Of a DNA stretch of 64,000 nucleotides, positions 38,959 to 48,705 are shown in pieces. The notes under the pieces are model-generated. The model was not told the DNA's origin and made no database searches. It saw only the letters and a list, made by a program, of their open reading frames with translations. The stretch covers positions 19,273-83,272 of the forward strand of contig CALETH010000028.1 in the NCBI GenBank assembly GCA_937920105.1, given 5' to 3'. Within the stretch, counting starts at the first letter, position 1. Every line of letters begins with the position of its first letter. Source of the DNA: an uncultured Bacteroidota bacterium (lineage in GTDB: Bacteria; Bacteroidota; Ignavibacteria; UBA10030; UBA8401). A program made the translations under genes and the position numbers.

Positions 38959-39675
38959 TTAAATTCTTGACAAATACTTTGGGAACATTTCTCGCCACCA
39001 GGGCCAATCGTGACCAACGCCTTGTCTATCATCTAACCAATGATTTATTCCTTTAGAGAAAAGTATTCCGGAAAGTTTATGATTTTCTCCGCGGCAACTA
39101 TCCCACTCACCTGTTCCTAACACAATTCCCATTTGATGTAAGTGGTGAAAATACCATGGGTCACTTAAATTCGGCATGTAATCCATTGGATTGTTGAAAT
39201 AACAATTATCATCATAATATCCATCAATAAATTGTTTAATATCAAATGCACCGCTCATGCTGAATACATATCCTACTTTATCGGGATGACGAAATGCGAT
39301 ATTGGCTGAATGATATCCACCAAAACTACATCCGGCAACACCAACTTTGCTTCGTCCGGTTTCTCGCATAGCATATTCAAATACATCGTGCAAAATTACA
39401 TTTTCGTACGCCATATGGGTTTTTACTCTATCGGCGGGATGGATGGATTTGTTGTACCAACTTTGTTCATCTATTCCATTCGGACAGTAAATTTTAATGA
39501 GTCCGGCATCTAAAAAATATGAGGCAGATTCTATTAATTTAAAATCTTTGTTTTGATAATGATTACCGAGTGAGGTGGGAAATGCGATGATGGGATATCC
39601 GGAATGTCCGAAAACAGCCATTTCAAAATCTCTGCTGAGGTACGGTGTGTACCAGCGTATAAGTTGTTCTTGCAT
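38959..39675 (-). CDS. Alpha/beta-hydrolase esterase (esterase D / enterochelin-esterase-like)
   Basis: GCSFGG nucleophile elbow. Putative-esterase family layout. Confidence 0.7.
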   Translation of the reverse strand: MQEQLIRWYTPYLSRDFEMAVFGHSGYPIIAFPTSLGNHYQNKDFKLIESASYFLDAGLIKIYCPNGIDEQSWYNKSIHPADRVKTHMAYENVILHDVFEYAMRETGRSKVGVAGCSFGGYHSANIAFRHPDKVGYVFSMSGAFDIKQFIDGYYDDNCYFNNPMDYMPNLSDPWYFHHLHQMGIVLGTGEWDSCRGENHKLSGILFSKGINHWLDDRQGVGHDWPWWREMFPKYLSRI

Positions 39676-39885
39676 GTTATATCAATTTTTTATAAGTGAT
39701 TGGAAAGGTTTTATGAATATATAATTTATGTGAAATATAGCACTTTTTCTATGAAAGTAAAAAGGATAATGGATGAAAGATAAAAAACGAATTACTAAAT
39801 ACTAAAAGAACTTTTTTCTTGCAAAGTCGCAAACATAATATTCGGAATTCAAAATCCGAAATTCTAATTTCTTCCTTCTTAATTC

Positions 39886-40662
39886 TTACCTCTTACTTCT
39901 TAATTCTCTATCAATATATTTTTTTGCTTGTTCTTGTGTGAGTGCGGAAAAATTTTTGTAGCGTTCGTGAACATCGATAATTTCTTCTAATGCTTTTGCA
40001 ACGAGTTCTTGATTTTCCCACGTTTTTAAATCTCGAACAACAATTTCTAAACATCCTTTTTTGTACGCGATTTGTCCGAGTACGTGAACTAATGTATTTT
40101 TTACTCTTGTTGTGGTATCATGTTGGAGTTCTTTTAATAATGGTAAAATATCGTGTGGATATTTTCTTCCGCGGAGTTCTATTCCGTGACATATTTCTCT
40201 GCGGATTTCTTTGTTTTCGTGATGAAGATATTTTTTTGCCCATTGCAAAACGGGTTTCGGATTTTTTTCTCCCATTTTTTTGATTGAACCGATAACAGCG
40301 TTTCGTACTGAATGATGTTCATCAAATAATCCTATATCAAAAAAGTGCTCTACTTTTTCAAAATCTTTTATTCCAATTTCTCCCGCAGCATTGATAGTTG
40401 TTTGTCGGATTTTAAAGTTATCGGATTTCAGTAATTTTTTTAATAAAGAAGTTATTGGTAATTGTAAAGGTGGGTGTGTTTTGTAAATTTTCCCGATGGA
40501 AAGATATGCGGTTTTTCTGATGTAGGTATCTTCATCAGAAAAATAGGTGGGTATTTTTTTGAGTTTTTGTTTTTGGATTTCTGAAAAAATTTCTGTGTTG
40601 ATTTTTTCTACAAGTGTGGTTCGTTGGGGTTTGGAAAGTGTATAAAAAGACATTTTTTTCAA
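39886..40662 (-). CDS. HEAT-repeat protein, DNA alkylation repair enzyme family (AlkC/AlkD-like)
   Basis: About 250 aa of HEAT-like repeats (IRKTAYLSIGKI, VRNAVIGSIKKM, RVKNTLVHVLGQI). Confidence 0.5.
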   Translation of the reverse strand: MKKMSFYTLSKPQRTTLVEKINTEIFSEIQKQKLKKIPTYFSDEDTYIRKTAYLSIGKIYKTHPPLQLPITSLLKKLLKSDNFKIRQTTINAAGEIGIKDFEKVEHFFDIGLFDEHHSVRNAVIGSIKKMGEKNPKPVLQWAKKYLHHENKEIRREICHGIELRGRKYPHDILPLLKELQHDTTTRVKNTLVHVLGQIAYKKGCLEIVVRDLKTWENQELVAKALEEIIDVHERYKNFSALTQEQAKKYIDRELRSKR

Positions 40663-40957
40663 TTAAAAATTAACAATGAAAAATTATCAATATTATTTTT
40701 TTTAAATTACAGATATAAGATTTTTTTCTCGCAAAGACGCAAAGTCGCTAATCTTTTAATAAATGGAACACTGGGTATACATTTTATTTCTATAATTACA
40801 ATAATTCATTGTTTTTTTCACATAAAAAATAGAACACTGATTTGTTATCCGCCACGGGCGGATTACTATGATATTCACTGAAATATTCTATCTTCTACCT
40901 TCTGAATTCTGACTTCTTAATTCTCACTTACTCCACTACTCATTTACTCAACTACTT

Positions 40958-42328
40958 TCAAACTTTTTTAAACTCCGCCACCAAACCTTGAACAACATTC
41001 TTCGCATCTCCAAAAAGCATTCGTGTGTTGGGTTTGAAAAATAATGGATTTTCAATTCCTGCAAAACCAGAAGCCATTGAACGTTTCATTACGATTACAG
41101 TTTTTGCCATATCAACATTGATAATCGGCATTCCATAAATGGGACTACTTTTATCTTCTCGTGCAGACGGATTGACAACATCATTTGCTCCAATGACTAA
41201 ACACACATCGATGGTTTCCATAATGGGATTGACGGCGTCCATTTCAAAAAGTTTATCGTACGAAACATTGGCTTCAGCAAGTAATACGTTCATGTGTCCG
41301 GGCATTCTTCCTGCAACGGGATGGATGATGTAACGAACTTCTGCTCCATTGTGTTCCAACAATTCTCCCAACTCGCGAACAACGTGTTGGGCTTGTGCAA
41401 CAGCAAGTCCGTAACCGGGAACAACCGCAACAGAACGTGCTGCTTCCAAAATGTAATACGCATCTTCAACAGAAACAGATTTTACTTCTCCTTGTGCTGC
41501 ATTACTTGTTTGCATTGTTACCGAACCAAATCCGCTGAACAACACATTGGTGAGTGAACGGTTCATTGCTTTGCACATAATTTGTGTAAGAATAATTCCG
41601 CTGGCACCAACAAGTGAACCAGTAACAATCAACACATTATTTTGGATAGCAAATCCGGCAAAACATGCAGCAATTCCAGAATAACTGTTGAGCAGCGAAA
41701 TCACCACCGGCATATCCGCTCCACCAATTGGAATAACGGATGTTATCCCTAAAATAAATGATAATACAATTATAAAAAGAAAAATTTCCGGACTTAATTC
41801 TGGTTGGAGAACAAAAATAATTCCCAATACAATTGCTGAAAGTAAAAGTAATCCATTTACAAATTTTTGTCCGGAAAAAAGAATTGGTTTTCCTGTCATC
41901 ACTTCTTTGAGTTTTGCCCATGCAATAACACTTCCGGTAAATGTTATTCCGCCAACAAGGATTGTGAGAAATAATGTTGTGGACGTGTAGCAATCAAACG
42001 AAGCTGCTCGGTGATATTCTGCCCAGCCAACAAGCAAACTCGCAAGTCCGCCATAACCATTTAAGAGTGCAACCATTTGCGGCATTTCGGTCATCTTTAC
42101 AATTTTTGCGAGGATTATTCCGATGACAGAACCAATGAGCATTCCAACAATAATCCACGTGAAATCAAGAATTTGGTAATGAATGATTGTTGCGAGTATT
42201 GCGATGAGCATTCCAACGGCAGAAATTAAATTTCCACGACGTGCGGTTTCCGGTTTTCCTAATTTTTTTAATCCGATAATAAAAAGTGTTGCGGCGATGA
42301 TGTATAAAATTTCTGCAAATGATGTCAT
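40958..42328 (-). CDS. pntB: NAD(P) transhydrogenase subunit beta
   Basis: 456 aa. Membrane domain followed by the dIII NADP(H)-binding domain (GYGLAVAQAQH...HPVAGRMPGHMNVLLAEA). Confidence 0.95.
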   Translation of the reverse strand: MTSFAEILYIIAATLFIIGLKKLGKPETARRGNLISAVGMLIAILATIIHYQILDFTWIIVGMLIGSVIGIILAKIVKMTEMPQMVALLNGYGGLASLLVGWAEYHRAASFDCYTSTTLFLTILVGGITFTGSVIAWAKLKEVMTGKPILFSGQKFVNGLLLLSAIVLGIIFVLQPELSPEIFLFIIVLSFILGITSVIPIGGADMPVVISLLNSYSGIAACFAGFAIQNNVLIVTGSLVGASGIILTQIMCKAMNRSLTNVLFSGFGSVTMQTSNAAQGEVKSVSVEDAYYILEAARSVAVVPGYGLAVAQAQHVVRELGELLEHNGAEVRYIIHPVAGRMPGHMNVLLAEANVSYDKLFEMDAVNPIMETIDVCLVIGANDVVNPSAREDKSSPIYGMPIINVDMAKTVIVMKRSMASGFAGIENPLFFKPNTRMLFGDAKNVVQGLVAEFKKV

Positions 42329-42628
42329 TTATTTTCCGCTCTCTTTCTTTTTGAACATTTCTAACATGCGGTGAGTTACTAAATATCCGCCAACAACATT
42401 TATCATGGCAAAAATAATTGCTAATGTTCCCAATACAATACTGAGCGTTTCATTTCCTCCTTCTCCGGCAGCAATGATTGCACCAACTACGGTGATTCCC
42501 GAAATTGCATTGGAGCCAGACATGAGTGGTGTGTGAAGTGTGGATGGAACTTTTGAGATGAGTTCAAAACCGAGAAAGATGGCGATGACAAAAACAAAAA
42601 GTAGTGGTACGAGTAGTTCGAGTGTCAT
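42329..42628 (-). CDS. pntA: NAD(P) transhydrogenase subunit alpha, membrane part 2
   Basis: 99 aa membrane protein (SGSNAISGITVVGAIIAAG). Abuts pntB. No alpha part 1 (dI) gene lies upstream. Confidence 0.9.
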   Translation of the reverse strand: MTLELLVPLLFVFVIAIFLGFELISKVPSTLHTPLMSGSNAISGITVVGAIIAAGEGGNETLSIVLGTLAIIFAMINVVGGYLVTHRMLEMFKKKESGK

Positions 42629-42726
42629 AATTTTTCCTTTGATTGATATTTAATTGCTTGCCACAGATTTCACTGATTAACACAGACTTTTTATAATTCT
42701 GCTTTCTTAATTTTTCCTTCTTACTC

Positions 42727-42775
42727 TAATTTGGACACACCCCTAATTCGCCATAGGCGAACCCTCTCTCCACCG
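42727..42775. repeat. Direct repeat TTTGGACACACCCCTnATTC...CCCTCTCTCCAyCGCT, copy 1 (copy 2 at 43746-43790)
   Basis: The two copies bracket the 42864-43733 gene. Copy 1 carries an extra TTCGCC-ATA-GGCGAA hairpin. Confidence 0.7.
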
Positions 42776-42863
42776 CTTAACCCAACGTATCCCGCAAAAA
42801 AATGCGGGACACAAAAAACGTGGAGGGGACTTATTTTGATTTCTGTATTCTGCTTTCTAAATT

Positions 42864-43733
42864 CTATTTTCTACATTCTCTCAATTTACTACGATATGGT
42901 TCTTCCAAATATTTATCTGCTAAATAGAGTACACCATCTAACCCTTTTTCAATCCATTGACGTAACAATTGAGAATCACTGTGTGTTTCTCTATCAAGCC
43001 ACAATGCTACTGGTAATGCTCCCCACTTTTCCTCAAATTTTCCTTTTGATAATTTATTGAAAAGTGAATCATCAAAGTTTTGGTGATGAAATGCAAAACA
43101 AAATTTTTCAACAAATATGGGTTCTAATTTTTTCAATGTATTTTTTGTAATTTCGGGAATTTTTCCTTGTGTATCTATTTTCCATTTTTGAGATAATGAA
43201 TAATAATTTCCTAATCCCTCATTGACACATTCCAACAAAATTTTTTCCCATTGTGTTGTGATAATAATTTTATCTTTTCTCCATGATTTATGAAGAAGAT
43301 GAATATATTCATGCGAAAATATTCTATCTATTCGCTCTTTATTTTCCTCAGATTCTCCTTTACCGTATTCAGAAAGTTGTTGAATATCAAAACAAATGGT
43401 ATTGTTACCATGAGTGAAAGCATCATCTGCTAATTGATTACCAATAACAATATAAATAGTATCGGATAATGAAACATTAAAAAATGGTTTTTGTAACTTT
43501 GGTAGGATTTTTTTCCAACGTGGAATTGCTTGATAAATATTTTTTATCCATGAAGAATCTTTGGTAGAGGATATAATATTCAATGTAGTGCTATCATTGT
43601 AATTATATCTTTTATAAATAATATCCATCCAAATTTTTGTAGGATAACCAAGTGAATCAAAAGCAATGATGGGATGAAGTTCTTGTGCGAGTGAAAAACT
43701 TGAAATGAAAAAACAGGTAACAATAAATTTCAT
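42864..43733 (-). CDS. Secreted HExxH protein (putative zinc peptidase), unknown family
   Basis: Signal peptide MKFIVTCFFISSFSLAQE and an HEYIHLLH motif. Confidence 0.45.
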   Translation of the reverse strand: MKFIVTCFFISSFSLAQELHPIIAFDSLGYPTKIWMDIIYKRYNYNDSTTLNIISSTKDSSWIKNIYQAIPRWKKILPKLQKPFFNVSLSDTIYIVIGNQLADDAFTHGNNTICFDIQQLSEYGKGESEENKERIDRIFSHEYIHLLHKSWRKDKIIITTQWEKILLECVNEGLGNYYSLSQKWKIDTQGKIPEITKNTLKKLEPIFVEKFCFAFHHQNFDDSLFNKLSKGKFEEKWGALPVALWLDRETHSDSQLLRQWIEKGLDGVLYLADKYLEEPYRSKLRECRK

Positions 43734-43852
43734 AAAATTTCTTAATTTTTGGACACACCCCTCATTCCCCTCTCTCCATCGCTACAGAGGGGAGGATTTT
43801 TTTGCATTCTAAATTCCTACTTCTTAATTCTTCCTTACTTCTAACTTCTGAA

Positions 43853-44776
43853 TCAACTCATCTCCAACATTTTTTGAATTGGTTTAAGTGCTTTTTCCAT
43901 AATTTCTGCACTTAAAGTAATTTGTGGAGATTTATTTTTCATACAAAGATAAAGTTTTTCCATCGTGTTGAGTTTCATATACGGACATTCATTGCATGAA
44001 CAGTTTGCTTCCGGTGGTGCGGGAATAAATTTTTTCTCCGGACATTTTTTTTCCATTTGATGTAATATTCCGGATTCGGTTGCAACAATAAATTCTTTGT
44101 GTGGATTTGTTTGAACATAGTTTAACAATGCACTGGTAGAACCAATAAAATCTGCTTTTTCTAAAATATGTTCTTCACATTCCGGATGTGCAATGAGTTG
44201 AGCATTTGGATGTTGCATTTGCAAGCCGATAATTTTACGTTCGCTAAATGTTTCGTGAACAATACATGCACCATTCCACAACAACATGTCTCTTCCCGTT
44301 TTCTTTTTAAGATAGCCACCTAAATTTTTATCCGGAGAAAATAAAATTTGTTGGTTGCGTGGAATTTGATTAATGATTTTTTCTGCATTGCTGGATGTGC
44401 AAATAATATCACTTAACGCTTTTACTTCTGCGGTGCAATTAATGTAAGTGATAGCAAGATATTCCGGATGGATTTCTCTAAATTTTTTAAATGCGGGTGG
44501 TGGACAACTATCCGCAAGAGAACAGCCAGCTTCTAAATCCGGCAACAATACTAATTTTTTTGGATTGAGAATTTTTGCTGTTTCTGCCATAAAATGAACA
44601 CCAGCAAACACAATAACATCCGCCGATGTTGAGGCAGCACGACGTGCAAGTTCCAAACTATCTCCCACAACATCCGCAATATCCTGAATTTCTCCTTCTT
44701 GATAATAATGTGCGAGGATTACTGCGTTCAGTTCTTTTTTAAGTTGGTGGATTTTTTCTACAAGGTTGGTTTCCAT
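43853..44776 (-). CDS. nadA: Quinolinate synthase
   Basis: [26 protein letters not shown]...FMAETAKIL and conserved Cys residues. Confidence 0.95.
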   Translation of the reverse strand: METNLVEKIHQLKKELNAVILAHYYQEGEIQDIADVVGDSLELARRAASTSADVIVFAGVHFMAETAKILNPKKLVLLPDLEAGCSLADSCPPPAFKKFREIHPEYLAITYINCTAEVKALSDIICTSSNAEKIINQIPRNQQILFSPDKNLGGYLKKKTGRDMLLWNGACIVHETFSERKIIGLQMQHPNAQLIAHPECEEHILEKADFIGSTSALLNYVQTNPHKEFIVATESGILHQMEKKCPEKKFIPAPPEANCSCNECPYMKLNTMEKLYLCMKNKSPQITLSAEIMEKALKPIQKMLEMS

Positions 44777-44862
44777 ATTTTTCTTAAGTTTTTGCAGCCT
44801 ATTTTTATTTGTATAAGATACAGACTAATGCAAGCAGTGTCAATAAAAACAAAAAAGGACGG

Positions 44863-44887
44863 ATTTTTCATCCGTCCTTAGATAACT
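44863..44887 (-). terminator. Rho-independent terminator (minus strand) after the LRR gene
   Basis: On the minus strand: aaggacggat-gaaaa-atccgtcc followed by ttttttg. Confidence 0.65.
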
Positions 44888-45551
44888 CAAACCATGATAA
44901 TCTTTTCATCGTACCAATCATGGTTTACTTCACCAACACCATTTTCTTAATTTCACTAAATTTTCCCGCAGTCAGTCTGTAAAAATATATTCCACCGGAT
45001 AATTGACTTCCATCAAAATTCACTTCATACACTCCAACTTTCTTTTCTCCATTCACTAGTGTTGCGACTTCTTTCCCTAACATATCATACACTTTCAATG
45101 TTACATAACTACTTATTGGTAGTTGATAATTGATTAGTGTTGATGGGTTGAATGGGTTCGGATAGTTTTGAGATATACTATATTCTGTTGGTACAAAATT
45201 CTTTTCTGGATGAATTGATGTGGTGGGTAGAGTTCCAGTCCCATATGCTTTCAAGGTATCTAATCCTTTGGTGGTGTTACTGGTAAGGATGATTTGGGTG
45301 GAATCTTTTCCTAATCCATTTGGAGTGAACTTTATTGTTATATTACTTGTTTGAGTAAATGGAATGTTATATTGACTGCTTCCTACAACCATAAATTTTG
45401 AATTTGCAATATTGATTGTATTGATTTTCAAGGTATCTCCTCCCATACATTGTACGGCAAAGGACATATCTTTATTGCTGCCTATACCAACATTCCCAAA
45501 ATCTATTGTGGTAGATGAATAATTTGATGTGGGAGCAGAAAGAGTCGTAAA
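44884..45551. repeat. Approximately 668-bp segment apparently identical to 48911-49578
   Basis: Side-by-side reading shows no mismatch. It covers the 3' UTR hairpin AACCATGAT...ATCATGGTT plus the last ~200 codons of both LRR genes. Confidence 0.8.
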
Positions 45552-46556
45552 ATAGCTTGCTGAAGAATATGGACTATTTCCTTTTATATTTTGTGCACGC
45601 ACTCCCCAAGCATATGTTGTATTATACAATAACGGTCCTATTTGTTTGGATGTATCGGTAAGCGTGGTATCAAGAAGAATAGTAACATTATTTCTTACTA
45701 CATGAAGAAAATATTTATGGGCAGAGGAAACTTTTTTCCATGTTAGTGTGGGATACAATGATTGATTGGTCGCATTGTTTACTGGGCTTACTATAATCGG
45801 TGTTGTTGGTGATGGAAGAACTACATACATTGCTGACATATCTTTTATTATGGATATACCTGATGGTGGATTTACCAATACATAAATAGTAGTAAGATTA
45901 GCATTAGAAGAACAATTTAAATTTTGTAATGAGGTATTGGTACTAATATCTAATGTAGTCAGTTTAGTGGAAGAACAATATAAATTTTGTAATGCGGTAT
46001 TGGTACTCACATTTAAACTCGTCAGATTAGTGGAAGAACAATATAAATATAGTAATGCGGTGGCTCCACTCACATTTAATGTACTGAGATTAGCATTATT
46101 AGAACAATCTAAATATTCTAATGCGGTATTGGTACTCACGTTTAAACTCGTCAGATTAGTGGAAGAACAATCTAAAGTTTGTAATGCGGTGGCTCCACTC
46201 ACATTTAATGTGCTGAGATTAGCATTAGTAGAACAATCTAAATATTCTAATGCGGTATTGGTACTCACGTTTAATGTGCTGAGATTTGGATTATCAGAAC
46301 AATCTAAAGTTTGTAATGCGGTAAATTTTTCTATCCCTTGTAAATTGGTAATTTGAGAGCTGGATATCTCTATGATACGTACGGCACTGATATTTTGTAC
46401 TATTACCGTATCATTAGTACCTTGGGTTATAGCGTTAGCACTGTTAATAAGTGCAGTTCTAAAATTTTGGTCAGGCACCCATACTTTTGTTTGGGCAGTG
46501 GTTATTCCTACAACCAGTAAGAATAATGCAACGAGTTTGGTAAGTTGTGTTTGCAT
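44925..46556 (-). CDS. LRR + FN3-like surface protein with a T9SS C-terminal sorting domain (paralog A)
   Basis: Signal peptide. Units with period of about 22-23 aa (LDCS.N.NLSTLNVS.NTAL). C-terminus YPNPFNPSTLINYQLP...KVYDMLGKEVATLVN...YFYRLTAGKFSEIKKMVLVK. Confidence 0.8.
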   Translation of the reverse strand: MQTQLTKLVALFLLVVGITTAQTKVWVPDQNFRTALINSANAITQGTNDTVIVQNISAVRIIEISSSQITNLQGIEKFTALQTLDCSDNPNLSTLNVSTNTALEYLDCSTNANLSTLNVSGATALQTLDCSSTNLTSLNVSTNTALEYLDCSNNANLSTLNVSGATALLYLYCSSTNLTSLNVSTNTALQNLYCSSTKLTTLDISTNTSLQNLNCSSNANLTTIYVLVNPPSGISIIKDMSAMYVVLPSPTTPIIVSPVNNATNQSLYPTLTWKKVSSAHKYFLHVVRNNVTILLDTTLTDTSKQIGPLLYNTTYAWGVRAQNIKGNSPYSSASYFTTLSAPTSNYSSTTIDFGNVGIGSNKDMSFAVQCMGGDTLKINTINIANSKFMVVGSSQYNIPFTQTSNITIKFTPNGLGKDSTQIILTSNTTKGLDTLKAYGTGTLPTTSIHPEKNFVPTEYSISQNYPNPFNPSTLINYQLPISSYVTLKVYDMLGKEVATLVNGEKKVGVYEVNFDGSQLSGGIYFYRLTAGKFSEIKKMVLVK

Positions 46557-46775
46557 AAAAATTGCTCCTTAGTTTTAATGAAGTATAAAATAAAAATTAG
46601 GAAATTATACGGATTTTAATTTTCATTATCAATGAGTAATTTTTGGATTCCTATTTTCATCCTAAATTCCCACTGGCTAACACACAATCCACCACTGCAG
46701 AGGACTACATTCTAACTTCTATATTCTGACTACGAAATTCTGTGTTCTGTATTCTGAATTTCGTATCTTTGAAGC

Positions 46776-48635
46776 ATGAAAATTCCAAATGAAAAAATAG
46801 AAGAAATCCGCAATGCTGTAGATATCGTTGAATACATTGGTGGTTTTATCAAACTCAAAAAGCGTGGAAAAAATTATCTCGGATTATGTCCATTTCATAA
46901 TGAAAAAACACCATCATTTAATGTTAGTTTAGATAAACAAATGTATTATTGTTTCGGATGCCAACGTGGTGGAAATGTTTTTACGTTCATTATGGAATAT
47001 GATAATATTTCTTATGTAGAAGCCGTTACTGTTCTCGCCGAAAAAACCGGAATTCCTATCACGAAAATAGAAAACAATGTTCAAGAAAGTGAAACAGAAA
47101 TTTTATATTCTGTTTGTACTTTCGCAGCAAAAGCATTCTATTATAATCTCAAAACTGAAGAAGGAAAATTTGCGCAAGACTATTTTTTGAAACGTGGCTT
47201 TTCCGAAAAAACTATTACCACGTTCGGTTTAGGATATTCTTTACGCGGATGGGAATCTCTTATAGAAAAAGCAAAAGAGGAAGGTCTATCACTTTATAAT
47301 TTGGAAAAAGTTGGCTTACTCAAAAAACGAGATGATGGTTCGTATTATGATGTATTTCGCGGAAGAGCAATGTTTCCCATTTTTTCTCCGCTCGGAAGAG
47401 TGATTGCGTTTGGCGCAAGAAAATTATATGATGATGACCCTTTAGCAAAATATATCAATTCACCAGAAACACCAATTTATCAAAAAAGCAAAACGCTGTA
47501 CGGACTTTGGCAGGCAAAGGAAAGTATTCGCGAAAAGGATTTTGTGATTTTGGTGGAAGGTTACGCTGATGTGATTTCTGTTTTTCAAGCAGGAATAAAA
47601 AATGTGGTGGCTTCCAGCGGAACGGCGTTAACCACAGAACAAATTCAACTTCTTTCCCGCTACACCAAAAATATTATCTTTTTGTATGATGCAGATTCCG
47701 CTGGTGCCAATGCTATGATGCGTGGTGTGGATTTGATTTTGGAAAATGGTTTGGATGTTCGTGTTGTGCAATTACCGGAAGGCAATGACCCGGATTCTTT
47801 TGTGCAAAAAAATGGCGTGAATGCTTTGCATGATGCAATCACACGAGCAACAACATTTTTGAATTTTAAAGCAAGAATGTTGGAACGTGAAGGAAAATTT
47901 TCTACTCCGGAAGGAAAAGCAGAAGCAATACGAACATTGGTCCAAACTATCGCAAAAGTGAAAGACCCGTTACGTCAAGCATTTTTTATTAAAGAAATTG
48001 CTGAAGAATATCATATTTACGAATCTACCTTGTATTCTGAATTAGAAAAATGGAAAAAGAAGGATTTTACAAAAGCATCATTTCAATCAAATACTTCTAA
48101 TACAAAAAAATCTCCAGAGATTCCGCAAAAAAATTCTTCTACCACTCTTCCCTTAGAAGAAAAAGAATTATTATTCGTGCTATTACATTCTCCACAAACA
48201 ATGATGCCATTCGTTTTTCGGCATCTTTCTGTAGATGAAATTTCACATCCACAAATACAAAAGATTATTCAATTATTGGTAGATGAGTTTGATAACCACG
48301 GTTCATTTGATAGTCATCAAATATTAACATTGTTAGAAAATGATGAAGAAAAGAAAATATTTTCTGAAGTATTATTTTCTCGTGAGCATGAAGATACACG
48401 AATTCAACGAGAAGTTGGGGCGCAAGAACGTGATGGGAGAATTTTTGAACAGGCGTTGGGTGCCATTAAAAGCATCAAAAAGAAAAAATTGGAGCAGGAT
48501 TTACAGTATAATAGAGTAGAAATTCAAAATGCTTTGCTGAATGGTATTGATACAATTGCTTTTTTAAAAGAACAACAACAAATTATTCAAAAAATTCGTG
48601 ATGTGGAAAAATATTCAATGAAAAATTTGCAATGA
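46776..48635 (+). CDS. dnaG: DNA primase
   Basis: CPFHNEKTPSFNVSLDKQMYYCFGCQRGGNVFTF zinc ribbon. TOPRIM EGYADVISVFQAG...LYDADSAG. Confidence 0.95.
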   Translation: MKIPNEKIEEIRNAVDIVEYIGGFIKLKKRGKNYLGLCPFHNEKTPSFNVSLDKQMYYCFGCQRGGNVFTFIMEYDNISYVEAVTVLAEKTGIPITKIENNVQESETEILYSVCTFAAKAFYYNLKTEEGKFAQDYFLKRGFSEKTITTFGLGYSLRGWESLIEKAKEEGLSLYNLEKVGLLKKRDDGSYYDVFRGRAMFPIFSPLGRVIAFGARKLYDDDPLAKYINSPETPIYQKSKTLYGLWQAKESIREKDFVILVEGYADVISVFQAGIKNVVASSGTALTTEQIQLLSRYTKNIIFLYDADSAGANAMMRGVDLILENGLDVRVVQLPEGNDPDSFVQKNGVNALHDAITRATTFLNFKARMLEREGKFSTPEGKAEAIRTLVQTIAKVKDPLRQAFFIKEIAEEYHIYESTLYSELEKWKKKDFTKASFQSNTSNTKKSPEIPQKNSSTTLPLEEKELLFVLLHSPQTMMPFVFRHLSVDEISHPQIQKIIQLLVDEFDNHGSFDSHQILTLLENDEEKKIFSEVLFSREHEDTRIQREVGAQERDGRIFEQALGAIKSIKKKKLEQDLQYNRVEIQNALLNGIDTIAFLKEQQQIIQKIRDVEKYSMKNLQ

Positions 48636-48650
48636 ACAATTATCAATGGA

Positions 48651-48705
48651 GTATGTGAGTAGTGGAGTATATTGAGTAATTGAGTAACGAAGTAGATGAG
48701 TATTT
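48651..48705. repeat. GAGTAGTGGAGTA direct-repeat block
   Basis: Sequence gagtatgtgagtagtggagtatattgagtaattgagtaacgaagtagatgagta. Confidence 0.55.

Noticed and set aside
42629-42863. Looked for a pntAA (dI) remnant in the gap upstream of pntA(beta-part)
   Set aside because: No Rossmann GxGxxG-bearing frame or dI-like translation is visible in any frame by eye. The gap is occupied by direct-repeat and hairpin modules. Absence is therefore reported as a finding and not as a pseudogene.
45937-46356. 139-aa plus-strand ORF with a strongly periodic sequence, plus a similar one at 49919-50383; looked at first like a repeat-protein gene or even a CRISPR-like array
   Set aside because: It is the antisense translation of the near-identical LRR-unit repeats inside the minus-strand LRR genes. 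There are no unique spacers and no leader, and the real genes on the other strand have signal peptides and T9SS tails.
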